This document shows positions 49,011-61,837 of a stretch of 64,000 bases of DNA, in pieces (positions within the stretch are counted from its first letter, which is position 1; the number at the start of each line of letters is the position of its first letter). The position numbers and the translations under genes are program-made. Under the pieces are notes generated by a model. That model had not been told where the DNA came from. It searched no databases and saw nothing but the letters and a program-made list of their open reading frames with translations. The stretch comes from Camelus dromedarius (Eukaryota): positions 65,784,001-65,848,000 of the forward strand of contig NC_087436.1 in NCBI RefSeq assembly GCF_036321535.1, given 5' to 3'.

Positions 49011-49369
49011 AAAAGTGTGTTGTAATGTGTACTAATATTTCCATAAGGATAAGAAAGCTAAAAAAAAATCATCTTTATTGAATAGAATAGAATCACAATC
49101 CTGAAAAATTACTTGGAGATATTTAGTCCTTGTCTTGTTACCTAATCGTTTTCTCTTTATTCTTAACTTATTAACATTAATTCATTGATAAATAAATCAA
49201 AATCAATTTGTACATAGAAGTACTGTATGGTTTAAAATTATCCCAAACCTTTGTATTTATGGATTTTCTCTTATGCCTAATACAGTATCCTTTAATTTTA
49301 TTCACTGAACATGCCAAATTATGTTTTGTCCTTTTGAAAGAATAGGATTTTGCTTTAGTAATCTATTCT

Positions 49370-50920
49370 ACTTTTCTTTACAACTTTTCTAGAAATACAT
49401 TTAGACTTCAAGAGAGTTGTAAAGATAGCACATGCCTGGGTGTGCATCCTCACCCAGCTGTCCCTAAGGTTATCATTTTACATAAGCCTTGTGTAATTAC
49501 CAACTGTAATTACAATTAAATAAATTAACTATTTTATTCAGATTTCCCCAGTTTACTTTTTTTTAAACAAATTTCCTTTTTCTGTTTCATAATCCAATCC
49601 AGGCTATTACACTGCATTAAAATTTTAAGTCTTCATCTTCTCCAAACTCTGACAGTTCTGCCTTCTTTCCTTTTTTGTATTCATAACTTGACACTTGTTA
49701 CATGTACCAAATAAGTAAACATAAAACAAATTCATTTGAGGATAGAGAGTCACTGAGATGGATCTGTCTTGTGTTAACTTATGATTAAACTGCAGTCATG
49801 TAATTTGGGAAGACCACCATAGAGGTGATGTGCTCTCATCATATCATGGTAGAGGGTACATATTATCATAAATATGTTTATTACTGGTGATTCACTAAGT
49901 CCAACATGAAATAAAGTCATTCAGCTATATCTGCCTGAGGGAAGAGTATCAAACAACTTGTTGAAATGTGTTAAAACCACCAGCAGAATTAATATATTTG
50001 GAGGAAGAAAGGATATGCTGAGGTTTTACAAATATCTATTTTTCTTCAAGGTTTTGCTATTTTTTTTCATTTATAGTTGGATCTTAGTAGAAGCATTAAT
50101 GTGGGTTTCTAATGGTGATTTCTCCCTTATTTCCTTTATTCTTTCTCCAGTTATTAATTGGAATTCTTCTGTAAGGAAGATTTATCAATTAATTTCCATT
50201 CATTTATTCACTTATTAATACCCATATGGAGTCATGGATGCTTATTTTATTTTTTGGTTTATAATGTAATACTATTGTACTGTATTGTACTGGGAGCTGA
50301 GATCTTTTTCCATTTAGCTGCTACGTTCTTTGGAAATTCCAGTCTCCATTCTCTTCCTTCTTCTTTTTTCCTCTTTCTCCTTCTTCTTTTAGCATTTTTT
50401 TACTTTCTGACACGCTGAAATGCTCTAGACTCATCTTGTATTTTCCATGTTTTGGCCCTAGAATAAATCAGTTACCCAGAGAACCTGGTTCCTTTGATTG
50501 GAGAATGGTATTTTGAAATCTAAGTCTGGGCACTAGGTTTGATAATTACTACTTTTAAGCCTTCCCAGATGACAGAACTAGTCAGTGCATGCATGGATAC
50601 CAAATAATGTGTATATACATATCTATATACATACCTCAGCATTTATATATATACATCTATCCATGTATTTATTTAAATGCCTATGACTTCAAATCATTAT
50701 CTGACTTCAACCTAGCACCACAGAATTTGTCACAGAGTTCATTCTAGTATTGCATCCCTCCACTTGCTTATTTGTTATTTTTTTCCCTGACAGTGATAAA
50801 CCTAGTTCTGATTATCTACAATGTATTCATTCAAATGCAGTATAAGGAAAGTAGTTACAGGATTGATAAACTACACTACTGTTAGGAAAACATTTATCAC
50901 CTAGAATAGAGGATGCCTTC
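49370..50920 (-). mobile_element. L1MC/L1MD-type 3'UTR
   Basis: tttagacttcaagagagttgtaaagatag...ttcagatttcccca...gaagaccaccatagaggtg...ctctagactcatcttgtattttcc...cctggttcctttgattggagaatggtattttgaa. Confidence 0.85.
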
Positions 50921-50929
50921 ATCTTTATT

Positions 50930-51420
50930 CTGGTAAATATGAGGAAGAATGTAAATAAATATTAAGCATATATTAAAAATTCTCATGAAGTCTAAAAATG
51001 ATTATACAAAAGTAATATATGATAACATTTTACATGTAAGTAGAAAAGTGAGAAATTTACTTAAAATGCTCTAGAGTCATTTTCCTGTTCAGAAGGAAAA
51101 TGCAGCTAATAATGTCAAACCTAAGTAATTAATATATTACATTTATCAGATGAATTAATAAAAGAATAATAAGAATATATAACTTCCAAACTGATAGCAA
51201 AAAAGAAAAAAAAATAGTGAAAAGTGACCCACCACTCTCCAAAACAGAGCAAAAACAACAAAAACAAAGACAGTAGTTAAAAATATGACTATGTGAGCAA
51301 TGACATTGTAAATAGCTTGAAAGATTCCTTGGAAAAATAAAGATTGTCAGACAAAATTAAAAGAGCTCAAATATGTCATTTACAAAAAACATATCTAACA
51401 TATAAGAATAAAGAGTTTTT
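50930..51420 (+). mobile_element. Very old L1 inter-ORF/ORF2-start remnant
   Basis: A-rich; acattgtaaatagcttg...aagattgtcagacaaaatt...tttacaaaaaacatatctaa resemble the ORF2 endonuclease start. Confidence 0.45.
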
Positions 51421-53569
51421 TATAGTGTATAAATTAAACACAGAAAAATAGTTTTGTCTCCATATAAGTTGTAATAGCATCTAAAGTTTTTAAGTTTGTT
51501 TAAATATAAGAAACTGTGTTCAAACTGAAGTACTTTAAAGCTCTCTGAAGACTAATTTATTTAAATACTCTGCTTTCCTTGGTTTTTTGCTAAATGCAAA
51601 TAGAGCATTAGTAATTATTTATATAAAACATTAAAGGCATTAGTGATTTGTTTTACATTCCATGTGGCTCTAATTTCTTTTTTTAATATAGAAATATTTA
51701 AAATAAATAGTTAGATTGCCTTAGTATATTGAATCTGAGAATGTCTTTTACATAGATTTGAGTCAACCTAATCTAAATTTTGAGGAACGAAAATCACTTA
51801 AATTAAAGGCTCTGTGTTTACCCATCTAAAAATAGAGTTCACTGCCTCAGTACCTTCAAAAACACTAGATAATTTCTACTAGCATATAAACAAGTTTGAG
51901 GTATATAAAGACAACTGATTATTGTTATTACAACCATAGAATCAAGCACCAATAATTAATGCTGTCATTGTTAACTATCATTAAGAACATTGTAAAAGTA
52001 AAAGAAATTACTTAACTCAATATTTTAATATATATCAGGTAAAAATAATTATTTTCTTTCTGATTCCTCACAGAGTTTTTCTTAAAGTCCAACAGTGAGT
52101 TAAAACATTTCTAAAATCCAGAGAAAACAGGTGCTAAAATAATGTAAGCTCCTGAATCATTTATTGGTGACTATGACAGCAGGAGGCCAATCTGAATATT
52201 TTTAAATGTTTATATTACACAAAATTTATTTAGAAGCATTGTATTACTCCAATTTTTATACTTATACTTATGCAAGAATGTACATTGTACTTTATTGAAC
52301 AAAATCTCAGAATATATTCAACAAATTCCTTTATTTCACATATCTAAAATATGCTAAGTACAAGCAGAAAAATAAATATTATATACTTAGTTTAACACAG
52401 TCATCTCACTGATTTTTGAAGCTTAATCTAATCAGCATAAGAAACTTACATGTCGAAGATAAACATAAAGAAAACAATATAAACATTAAAAAATTTGATG
52501 ATTAGCCTTATAGAAGCGTTTTGCTGTATGATAAAATAAACGTGGCAGTGATTCTAGGTTTGAATAGTTGTAATTGGTAATTTTGTACACTGTTTACTCA
52601 GTCTCTTAAGAGAAACTTCATTAATTGGATTCTTAGAAATGTGTGGTATCTTATTATGGTTGAACATAAAAATATTAACTATATTCCTTAGATGACCGAG
52701 AACCTAGAATAAATTATTTTCTTAAAGTATTAAAAGTCTTAAACTTCAAACATAGTCCTTAAATTTTGTGAAAAATAAAACACCATGAGATTTCTTAGTG
52801 TTTTCTTTGCCTATAAAGATGAAACATTAACCCTTGGAGATAATATATTTTTACTGGATTAACAACCTACTCTTTCTGGTAGAAAAGATATGAGAGAAAC
52901 ACAATTTTTCATTAAATATATATTTTAGTTCTTAAGAAACAGATATATTCATATTACATTGGTTTATTCAAATGTGTATTGCCTCCCTATAAACATTTGT
53001 TTTCTTAAAAATGTACACTGTCAAGTTAGGATTTTGAATTACTCAGAAAACCCTTACTTATCTGCATAACACAAGATAAAATATGATAAAATAGTTAATA
53101 AACAAAACAAAAATAACTCTCATGCTTAGAATAATAGAAGTGTATCAGTTTCAATCTCCCTCCTGAAAAACATGTCTAAATTTATTCAACTTTTGCTTTC
53201 AAGAATTTAGTGTACAAAACACCCTCTCCTTCAATTACAGCAATACAAATACATTAGCTGTGATAAATATTTCAAATGAAATTAGAATTCCAAAGTTGGA
53301 ATGAATGACAGGCAGAAAAAATCCAAATACTAACCAATATGAAATGCTGAAGAAAACTGTCCGTGGAGAGTTTTGGCAAATTGTTATGAAGGAGTTAAAG
53401 AGTGACCATTCAAAATGTGGTGGTTAAGGGAAAGTGGGGTTTTGTAATTCTTAATTAAACGATGGAAATTTAGATTAAATTTTAAAATCAAGTTATATAT
53501 GTAAAATCACAATAAAAACGCTAGTGTTAAAAATCATAGTGCTGAAAGTGATTGTGTATGAAAGTTACT

Positions 53570-54250
53570 TTTCTTTGTATTGAATTTATACTTTGTGCCT
53601 ACTATATTTCAAGCACTGCTAGGTACTAGAGAGCAAACAGGAGAAGATCCCTGCAGTTAAGCACACTACAGGCTAATGAGTGAAGCAGACACAGACACAG
53701 GATGCCTTGTGTTTTAATGAAATAGGTCCTGACGTTAGAGAAGCAGACTAGTAGGACCCTTAACATTTTTGAACCTACAAGGGACATTTTTAAGGAAATG
53801 GCCTAATACAAATTAACCAGGAGCAGAGGGAATACGAGAGTTTATCAAGTTGAGAGTTTATTCCATATAGAACAACATATAAATGAAGAAGTTTGAAATA
53901 CAAAATTCAAGACAGCTGATGGTGAAAAATGAGTCTTAAAAAAGAAACAGAAGCCAATCATTAAGAGCCTTAGATTCTGTATTTGGATTTGGAATTTTGG
54001 CATGAAAATACTGGGTAGCAGATCATTTGTATTTTTTCATGGCATTAACCTAACCACTCTGATATTATGTGGGAAGTAATGTAGAGTTAGGTAAAATAAG
54101 AAGAAGGGAGAAAAGTCAAATGGTTTTTGGTCAATTTACTGGAAAGATGGAAGCTGCTAAAATACAAAGTTAGATGTGACCTATTCAGTTAGAAAAAGTA
54201 GTATAAAACTTTGAAGAGATATCTTGGCTGAAGGCATCTATTTTAAGGAA
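53570..54250 (-). mobile_element. L2 fragment (3' end)
   Basis: gtgcctactatatttcaagcactgctaggtactagaga...gatccctgc, followed by decayed antisense L2. Confidence 0.6.
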
Positions 54251-54369
54251 TTTGGTAGAAGTATGCCTAACCAATAGTGTGTTTAAGACAACCAGTTTTG
54301 TTTGCTTGTTTATTTCTTTATTTTCCATGCACAAAAGCATTTCAGGAAAAACAAAATCTTTATCTCTAT

Positions 54370-54820
54370 ACAGAGCTGTTGCCTCTCCATCATTCTGGGT
54401 TGAGTCAGCCACATAAAACCATTATGGGTGTTTCAAGAGGAAAACAATTGGATACTGAAAATTAGAGGCTTACAAACTTTCAGAAGGACTGTTAAAGTCA
54501 AAGTCAGTGAAACCTTTTACTGGTTTTAAAAACTCTGAAGGGCAGAAATCTCAGCTGCTTATAGTTCCAAAATGGATAAGACACAGGAGGTCTCCCAGAA
54601 GCCATCACACATCTAAGGTCTACCCTACACCCATGGGTTTGCCTGCCACCAGAGAACAATCCTTTTCTTCTACCATTCATTTACTTCTTATTGGTGGTCA
54701 ATCTAACCTTGTTGCCCATGAACAAGAGACTCTGGATAAATAAGATCCTAGACTCCAGATAATTAAGTACCTGATTTGAGGGGCAGTGTGTGGTATAATG
54801 CTTCCCTGTCAATCAGCAGT
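54370..54820. mobile_element. Possible old LTR (family unresolved)
   Basis: Composition and phrases (gggtgtttcaagaggaaaacaattggatactgaaaattagaggcttaca) resemble old antisense ERVL/Gypsy-like LTRs. Weak. Confidence 0.3.
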
Positions 54821-56219
54821 CAAGCACAGCTCTATAATTATTTTCTAGTTTTCAGTACTGGTGAGCTGTGGAATCTGTCTTATGCTAACACAAGAAGGTG
54901 GCCTATAAAGCTTGATTTTTTTTCTTTCTAAAAGATGAAAACAACTGAGTCAAATTCCATATTCAAGAACATTCAGAGGATTTAAGGTAAATCTAAGGTA
55001 GTAACAATTCAGCAGTTAAAATTTTATAGCATCATTTTTCTATGTCAAAATTGATAACACGTTTATATATTGTTAAATAATGTCATATCTAAATATATCA
55101 TTAATTTGAAAAATAAAAATCAATTTGCATTCAGTTATTTCAGTTATATTGTATTCTATTCAGTAAGCTCAGCTTAACAAATTTAAGTTTCCTTTGCCAC
55201 AGTCACTGTGCCTGGCAATGGCTTTTTTTAACTTAATAGGTGTCCTGATAATAGTCTCTAGCAGTAAAACCGAAGATTTGGAGAAGGAAGGAAAGCCATC
55301 TCATTTATCTCAAAGTAAAGAGAATAATACAACCTATATTTTCAAGTATGTTTGCATGGATACTTCACAGATATTAAAATTCCTGCCCAGAAATTTATAT
55401 AAAAATATTTCTTCTGATTTTTTGATTATATAAATAAACTTGTACACCAAATGGAATGTTCCAGTAATTTTTCAATTCAGTCTTAATTGAACCTTTTATT
55501 TTAGCAACAAGAGGAAAAATATGTAACCCAGAAGTTCACTTATAAGAGTTGTCAACAGAATCATGAATCAGCCATTTCATCTTTAAGGTGGAATCCCAAT
55601 GCAAAATACCCTAGTAAACAATCTTCTCTCATGTGAAAAAAGAAATTCAGTAATTCACTTATGTTTAGAAATTTGGGAGGTTTTATCCAGATTGAGTGAC
55701 TGGACAAAGAAATGTGCCATAGATGGAGATGGGAGCCTGAAATTATGTGCATTTATTTTCCCCAGAGAACTTGATCATGAATAAGTGAGCCAGGCATTTC
55801 CCTTTGACTTTCATTCTGTTCTTACACACTATGCCAGCCCATCTTCTGAACACATCATTTCACCGTGCAGCCAAGTTGTAAGACCATCTGGTGCCCTTAG
55901 TATTCCAGAAAACTGAGATTCTGGGAAGCACTGGTCTTTAATAAAACGTTCTCACCTAAGCTAATGACTTGACAATTGGATGTACATCCAAATGTAGAGC
56001 CCTATATTTAAATTTTGACCTCAATGTATGTGTGTATGTATGTGTGCATACACGTGTCTGTGTATCTCTATGTATGTGTCTTTATGAGAGTTGAGACTTA
56101 TAAACCAACTTGTATAACTTGTTAAAAGATTTGACTCTTAACTGTCTAGTCCACAAAAATATACAATAATATTATTTCCAGGAAACTCACTTCACCTTTT
56201 AAAACGGCTCATAATTAAG

Positions 56220-56895
56220 AAAGTGAAAAATGGAAGTCTTAATTTCCCACCTCAATTTCATTACATCGCAATGTATTCTGGTCTAGCTGTTTGGCCAAAA
56301 CTTTGGAGTTTTCCTTATTTCTTCTCTTTCTCACATATCCTACAACCAATAGTCAGCAAAGCCTTTCATTTCAGTTTTAAAATATAACTACTTTCTGACC
56401 CATTATTTCTCTGATCCTAGCCATCATGATCTCTTGTTTGGAATACTGCAGTCACCTTCCAACTGGTCTTCATGACCTTACCCTTGTTCCTCTAGAGCCT
56501 ATTCATGACTCAGTAGCCAGAGAGATCCCTTTAGAATGTCAGATCAAGCCACTCTTCAACTCAAAGATTAGTAAATTGCCCATAAATTACTAAATAACTC
56601 TATCCCACTAATTCTCTGACCTCTTCTCTTATAATATTCTCTGCAATTACTCTCTTCAAAGCTTCATTTCTCTGCATCCAGCAGACCATTCACAATCCTG
56701 TTCCAAAAGCTTTTGATCAGTCTTCTTGAAATAATTCTTTCTTACACACCTCAAGTCACTGCTCAAAAACCATAGTATCAGAGAAGTTTTTTCACATCAC
56801 TCTGTATAAAGTAGTAATTCCTATTTTCTGCTCATCTATCTGCCTTGCCTAATTGTATTTTTTTCTTCCTAGCACTTATCATTATCTGACATATC
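56220..56895 (+). mobile_element. L2a 3' portion
   Basis: ggccaaaactttggagtt...tctctttctcacatatcc...ccatcatgatctcttgtttggaatactgcagtcaccttccaactggtctt...cctagcacttatcattatctgacat. Confidence 0.85.
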
Positions 56896-56899
56896 TTGG

Positions 56900-57775
56900 A
56901 ATTAATTTTATTAAATTTAAGACATCATTAATTATAAGAAAGTCTATTAGTTTATGTAGTACTAAGAAAAAAATCTTACAGTTAAACTATGACATACTGC
57001 TTTCTCATCACTTAAGCAGCATTTTATATTATACTTTAAAAAAGAAGTCTTACATACTTAGATATGTTTAATCATTTATTTACTCTTGTGCATATATTCA
57101 TAGGCAAATAAACAAGACATTCCTAAAACTTTTTCATATTCAGATCTGTATTCCTCAGAAACTCTTTCTGGTTCAGCATTTTTAACGTCCAATTTTTTTC
57201 CATTCAATGACATACTTTGTGACGTCAAGAAATTTGGAGATACAGCATTTCTTCAAAAAGTGTCCTTCTTAGTCCCTGGTATCAATACAGTTGATACCCA
57301 GTGTTTATACTGCTACTCATTTTTATCTCATTCTAGGATGATGTGTCTAGGCCCAAATCTCACAGAACACTTTGTATCAGTTATTGTCACATGGTAAACA
57401 AATGAAATAGTAGCCTACATCACTTAAGTTCCTTGGCAAATTCAGCATCAGTAGAGGGTGGGTAGGAGAAGTGGGCTTCTCCCATAGAGACCAGGAATGG
57501 TGATGGTAGTATGGCTTCTAGTGATAAGGGGATTATTTGTTGAACAAAATTGTAATTATACCTACATATCATAATGGTAGTATTTTTAAGATCTTTCTCT
57601 TAAGTTGGTCATATTCTCCAGTGAATGTTCTTATGATCTTCTCAGTAATGGGCAAAGGCCTGACTGACAGAGTTTGAGAGAGAAATGCATAAAATTGCTC
57701 CAAGTCTTTTCATTAATCACCTTTCTCTGAATAATCATATGTTAGTATTGTCCCTATTATCTTTGATTGTTCCTG
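56900..57775 (-). mobile_element. Kanga-like TcMar-Tc2 DNA transposon fragment (transposase C-terminus and terminus)
   Basis: The terminus ttaagacatcattaattataaga...gtactaagaaaaaaa...ttaaactatgaca...ctttctcatcactta resembles Kanga. The minus strand at ~57200-57265 reads HFLKKCCISKFLDVTKYVIEW, similar to the pogo/Tc2 motif SFKKCCITNALDGTEDDIVW. The right boundary is uncertain. Confidence 0.7.
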
Positions 57776-58364
57776 TGAGACAGGAGGGAACAGGGCAGGG
57801 CATAATCACCAAAGGAATGACACAGCAATTGAGGACAGGACAAACTGGTTAAAACCAAGATGGCAGAAGATCCAACTTCCAGTAGACCCTGAGCCTCATG
57901 GTGTACCCACAGGTGCCATGACAGTTCCTAGGCTAACTATGAAAAGTCCAAAAGTGGGCAGAGAACCCAATTCCTGAAAATTCCCATCCCTTTCCCAAAA
58001 TAGTTGGAATAATCTTCCTACTCATTAGCATACGAAATTATCAAGCTCATAAAAGCTAACCACCCCACAACTTGTGTCTCTCTTGCCTTCTGAGGTGGCC
58101 TGCACTCTGTCTATGGAGTGTATATCTACTTTTACTTTAAGCTAAACACCCCACACCTCTTGGTCTCTCTCCCTCTAGCTTTTTGAAATGGTCCACATTC
58201 TGCTTATGGGGTGTGTATCTTCTAAGCTGCTCTCCCTTCTGAGTGAGATGGCCCATACCTTGTCTTTGGAGTGTGTCTCTCTCTAAATAAATTTACTTTC
58301 ACTTTACTATGTCTTGCTCTTGAATTATTTCCTGGGTGAAGCAAGAACCTATTTTTTGTCAACA
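57776..58364 (+). mobile_element. MER41-like solo LTR (ERV1)
   Basis: TGAGACAGG...AACA ends, flanked by a near-TSD CCTG/CCTC. Contains cccacaggtgccatgacagttcc, ctctgtctatggagt and an AATAAA near the 3' end, as in laurasiatherian MER41-like LTRs. Confidence 0.85.
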
Positions 58365-58534
58365 CCTCGTGTCCACAGATCAAAGAGCCTCCTCACTCTA
58401 GAGAATAAAACCCTAGATTTCTGTTCCACCATGTGAAGTAGGTTAGATCTGCGCATCCACTGTCTATTACATAAACTTTCAATCTTCCTGCTTTTACCTT
58501 TTGTTTCCTCTTTACTAATAGTGAAAGCTTACTG

Positions 58535-58952
58535 AATCAATTAGCTTTTTGCTCTGTCACAAAGCACCCCAAAATGTAGTGACTTAAAATGTCGAGCATT
58601 TATTTGCTCATAATTCTGAGCCAATAGTTTGGGTGGATCTCCATTGCAATGGCTTGTTTCTGATTCATGTGTTATTATTGGTTGGCCTTCCTTTGTATTT
58701 GTGCCTCAGCTGGACAAGCTTTCCATGTGGTCTGTCATTCTCTAACACAAGTTTGTTTATCTGTCAATAGCATTTCAAGAGGACATGAGTAGTAGCTGCA
58801 TGGCCTCTTGTGCCTATACTCAGGCCTCAAATAATGCCACTTCTGCCACACTGGGGTCAAAGTAAGCCACAGGGCTCACCTACATTCAAGGAGTGGGAAA
58901 AGAAATCCCACTACAGCTATAGCATATGAATGGCCATTAGCAGTCTATCATA
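58535..58952 (-). mobile_element. Old MLT1 (H/J/K-like) LTR
   Basis: caccccaaaatgtagtgacttaaaa...catttatttgctcataattctg...ccacttctgccacac...ggtcaaagtaagccacagggc...attcaaggagtgggaaa. Confidence 0.8.
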
Positions 58953-59454
58953 CTGGTACATCAAATCCTGAACATAAGGAGGCTTATGTGAAAGAAATAA
59001 GGTGTTTCTCATACTTCCTCGCCAAAAAGCTGTTTCTTAGGCCTCTTAATATAGTTCCCGCTTCTCCATCGGAGTTTTCCCACTTCTCTCGGTTTGTTTC
59101 CGTTGTCTTCTCTGCTATTGTGTTAGTCCTTCTGATTTTATGCCACCCTCTTTGCCCCAAATTAACAAGGAACAAAAATCTTTCAGTGTCTCATTTATTT
59201 TAGTAGACTCCAGAGATGAAGCAGATTTTAAGCTTGTGTTGAATTCAATATCCTTAACCTGCAGAGAGTAAACCACTCCTCTGTCTGGAAAATTCCAGCT
59301 TAGCTTTCAAAATTCTACCTTGTGGTCCCCACCTCAGTGAAATCTTTCTTAACTACCTCACAGATGGATATGATCACTTTTCTTTTTCTGATTTATACCT
59401 TTATTTATGAGTCTATTATTTATTTACCACACTACATTAGAATCGTATTAACAA

Positions 59455-59682
59455 AAAGGCACACTGGTTAAAAGTGCAGGCTTTGGAGCCATATTGCCTG
59501 AATTCAAATATTAACTATACTTCTTATTAGCTCTGTGACCTTGGCACATTTCTAAACTCTTAGTACCTGCTTCCATTCCTCATAAGGTTGTTTTCAGGAT
59601 TAAAGGAATTAATCCATATAAATTACTTAGAACAATGCCTGGCACATATTGAGGGGTCAATAAGTGCTATTGATTATTACTA
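59455..59682 (+). mobile_element. MIR (inserted in an L2 3' end spanning ~59270-59790)
   Basis: tggttaaaagtgcaggctttggagcca...attagctctgtgaccttggcac...cttagaacaatgcctggcacata. Confidence 0.85.
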
Positions 59683-60339
59683 TACATTTGCCTCTGAGAC
59701 CAAAATATGAGCTGATTGTGTGTAAGAATCATATATCCCTCACCTTTTCAACCCTAGTGGGGTGCAGTGTCATCCTTCAGTGTTTACTGTAAGAATAAGG
59801 AACCATCTCAGTAGCCATGCATCTCACAAAGCCTCCTGTGGTGACCCCAGCACAGTCTTTCCTCTCATCTTCTAACTGCCCTGGGATTCTTTTGCCTGGG
59901 AGAACAAATGTGCAGCCAACTAGACTCTGTTTTTCATATTTCATTGTTCTATCAATATCCTAAATGTTTCATTTTCAAAAAGTTTTGTATACTTGACTTC
60001 TGGTAGGCCTGATAAAGGTACAGGGAGTAAATGTAGGCATGAATGAGACACCAGGCCCTCTCCTGCATTTGAAAGTAATTTTGTGTACAGTAACTAAAGT
60101 TTATGCTGTCTCTATACCAGGCTCTGAGCATACAAAATGTTTTGCTTTGTTCTTTCCTATCACATAATTATCAACATTTCAAACTCAAAGATGCAGAGAG
60201 GTTCCTTGTGATATCCTCTATTAAACCTTTTATTCAAGAGAACACAGACATAATTGATTCTCAAACTGACTGGCAATTTACTCAAATCATTTCACTGGTC
60301 AATAGGATTAAGATCAGATGTCCTGAGAATGTTCATCAT

Positions 60340-60490
60340 TTAGGGTAACATTCCTAAATGTCTGAACATAACTTGGGCATATAATATTTTATTTAATCCT
60401 GACTATCATCTCATGAGGTAGATGCATCTCCCCCAATTTACAGAGGAAGGGACAGAGGCTCAAAGAGACAAGTGACCTACCAAAACTGAC
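60340..60490 (-). mobile_element. MIR fragment
   Basis: atgaggtagatgcatctcccccaatttacagaggaagggacagaggctcaaagagacaagtgacctacc. Confidence 0.7.
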
Positions 60491-60844
60491 AAGGAAAGTT
60501 TGTTGTTAGCTAACATCCCAGAGAGGAAATGCTGATTTTACCCCTTAGTTTTCTTTGAGCATGTGGGAAGTATTTTAAATGGAGTACTAAGGGAATTGCA
60601 GGTCCTTCAGGAGAAGGAAACTGCATGCCCATGCAATGTTTCATTAAAATGTTCAATCATGTGGGCTTAGTGTCTGGGTATCTTTTTCATTGTGCTTAGA
60701 AAAGTATTCACACAGCAAATCATTTGGTAAGTATTTGTTGAAAACTGAATGAATGGATAATATGAAGAGTACTGAAGATAATTACTAATTCTATTCCTCT
60801 GCTTAAATCAAAATGCTTGGTCAAAATCTTTTCCTCATGGACCC

Positions 60845-61830
60845 TGTTATGGGTTGAACTGTCTTCTCACAAAATTCATATGTTAATGTTCTGATCCTCA
60901 GTATCAGAATGTGACCTTATTTGGAGATAGGGTCTTGATTATGGAGGTAATCAAGTTAAAATGAGGTCTTTAGGGTGAGCCTTAATCCAATGCCACTGTT
61001 ATCCTAATAAAAAGGGAAAATTTGGAGTCAGACATACAAACATAAAATGAGGACAATGTGAATAGACATAGGGAGAAGATGTCCATAAGAAACCCATGGA
61101 AAGGGGCCTGGAACAGATTCTTCCTTCACTGCCCTTACGAGACAGGATGGAAGATGGCAGGGCACAGCCATTCAAGGAATGCTACAGCAATTAACATCAA
61201 AATGGTGAAAGATTCAACCCCCAGTAGACCTTGAGGCTCAGGATGATGAGAGATTTAACTTCTAGTAGATCTTGAGCTTCATTATCTGTTCATCCTAATA
61301 TATTAACATGGTGAATAACATGCCCACAGTCACCATGGCAGTCCCAAGGATAGCCACAAAAGATCAATGAGTGGGAAATGGCCAACTTCCTGGGAATCCC
61401 AGCCCCTTCCCCAGGCTACTTAGACTGGTCCTTCCACTTATTAGCATCTGAAGCCACCAAGCCCATGAAAACTAGCAACAGGGTGCCTCGCAGCTGCCCC
61501 CCTCCCTCTTTGGAGACTGCCCGCATTCTGTCTATGGAATGTGTACTTACTGTTAATCTGAGCACCCAACCCCCAAACCTCGTGGCCTTTCTCTTGCCTT
61601 TCAATGTATCTCTCTAAATAAATCTACATTTACTCAACTGTGGCTAGCTCTTGAATTCTTTTCTGCGTGAAGCCAAGGGCCCACGCTTGATGGGGCATAT
61701 CCCAGGGGCTCAACCGAAGCCTGGGACGCTGCCCTTCTCATGCCCCAACCCTGCTAACATCTTAATTTTGGACTTTAGCCTCTAGAAGTGTTAGAAGATA
61801 AATTCACCAGTCTGTGGTACTTTACAACTA
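60845..61830 (+). mobile_element. MLT1B-like LTR split by a MER41-like insertion
   Basis: 5' half tgttatgggttgaactgtc...gaatgtgaccttatttggagatagggtc...ggaacagattcttccttcactgccctta (to 61137). 3' half ...ttttggactttagcctctagaa...ccagtctgtggtacttt (from ~61750). Confidence 0.85.
61138..61750 (+). mobile_element. Second MER41-like solo LTR
   Basis: Starts cgagacaggatggaagatggcagggcacagcc...aaggaatgctacagcaatt, clearly homologous to 57776. Contains ctctctaaataaatctac and ctcttgaattcttttctgcgtgaagccaag. The right boundary is uncertain (~61745-61759). Confidence 0.85.
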
Positions 61831-61837
61831 CAACAAA

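Noticed and set aside
48601..49044. Hydrophobic F/L/S-rich ORFs resembling membrane proteins
   Set aside because: Artefact of translating the pyrimidine strand of a low-complexity tract.
55976..55991. Perfect 16-bp palindrome TTGGATGTACATCCAA
   Set aside because: About one such palindrome is expected by chance in 64 kb.
57776..61750. Two similar co-oriented LTRs as the ends of one provirus
   Set aside because: The intervening DNA is MLT1, L2, MIR and unique sequence with no PBS or gag/pol. The LTRs differ in structure, the first has its own near-TSD, and the second sits inside an MLT1B.
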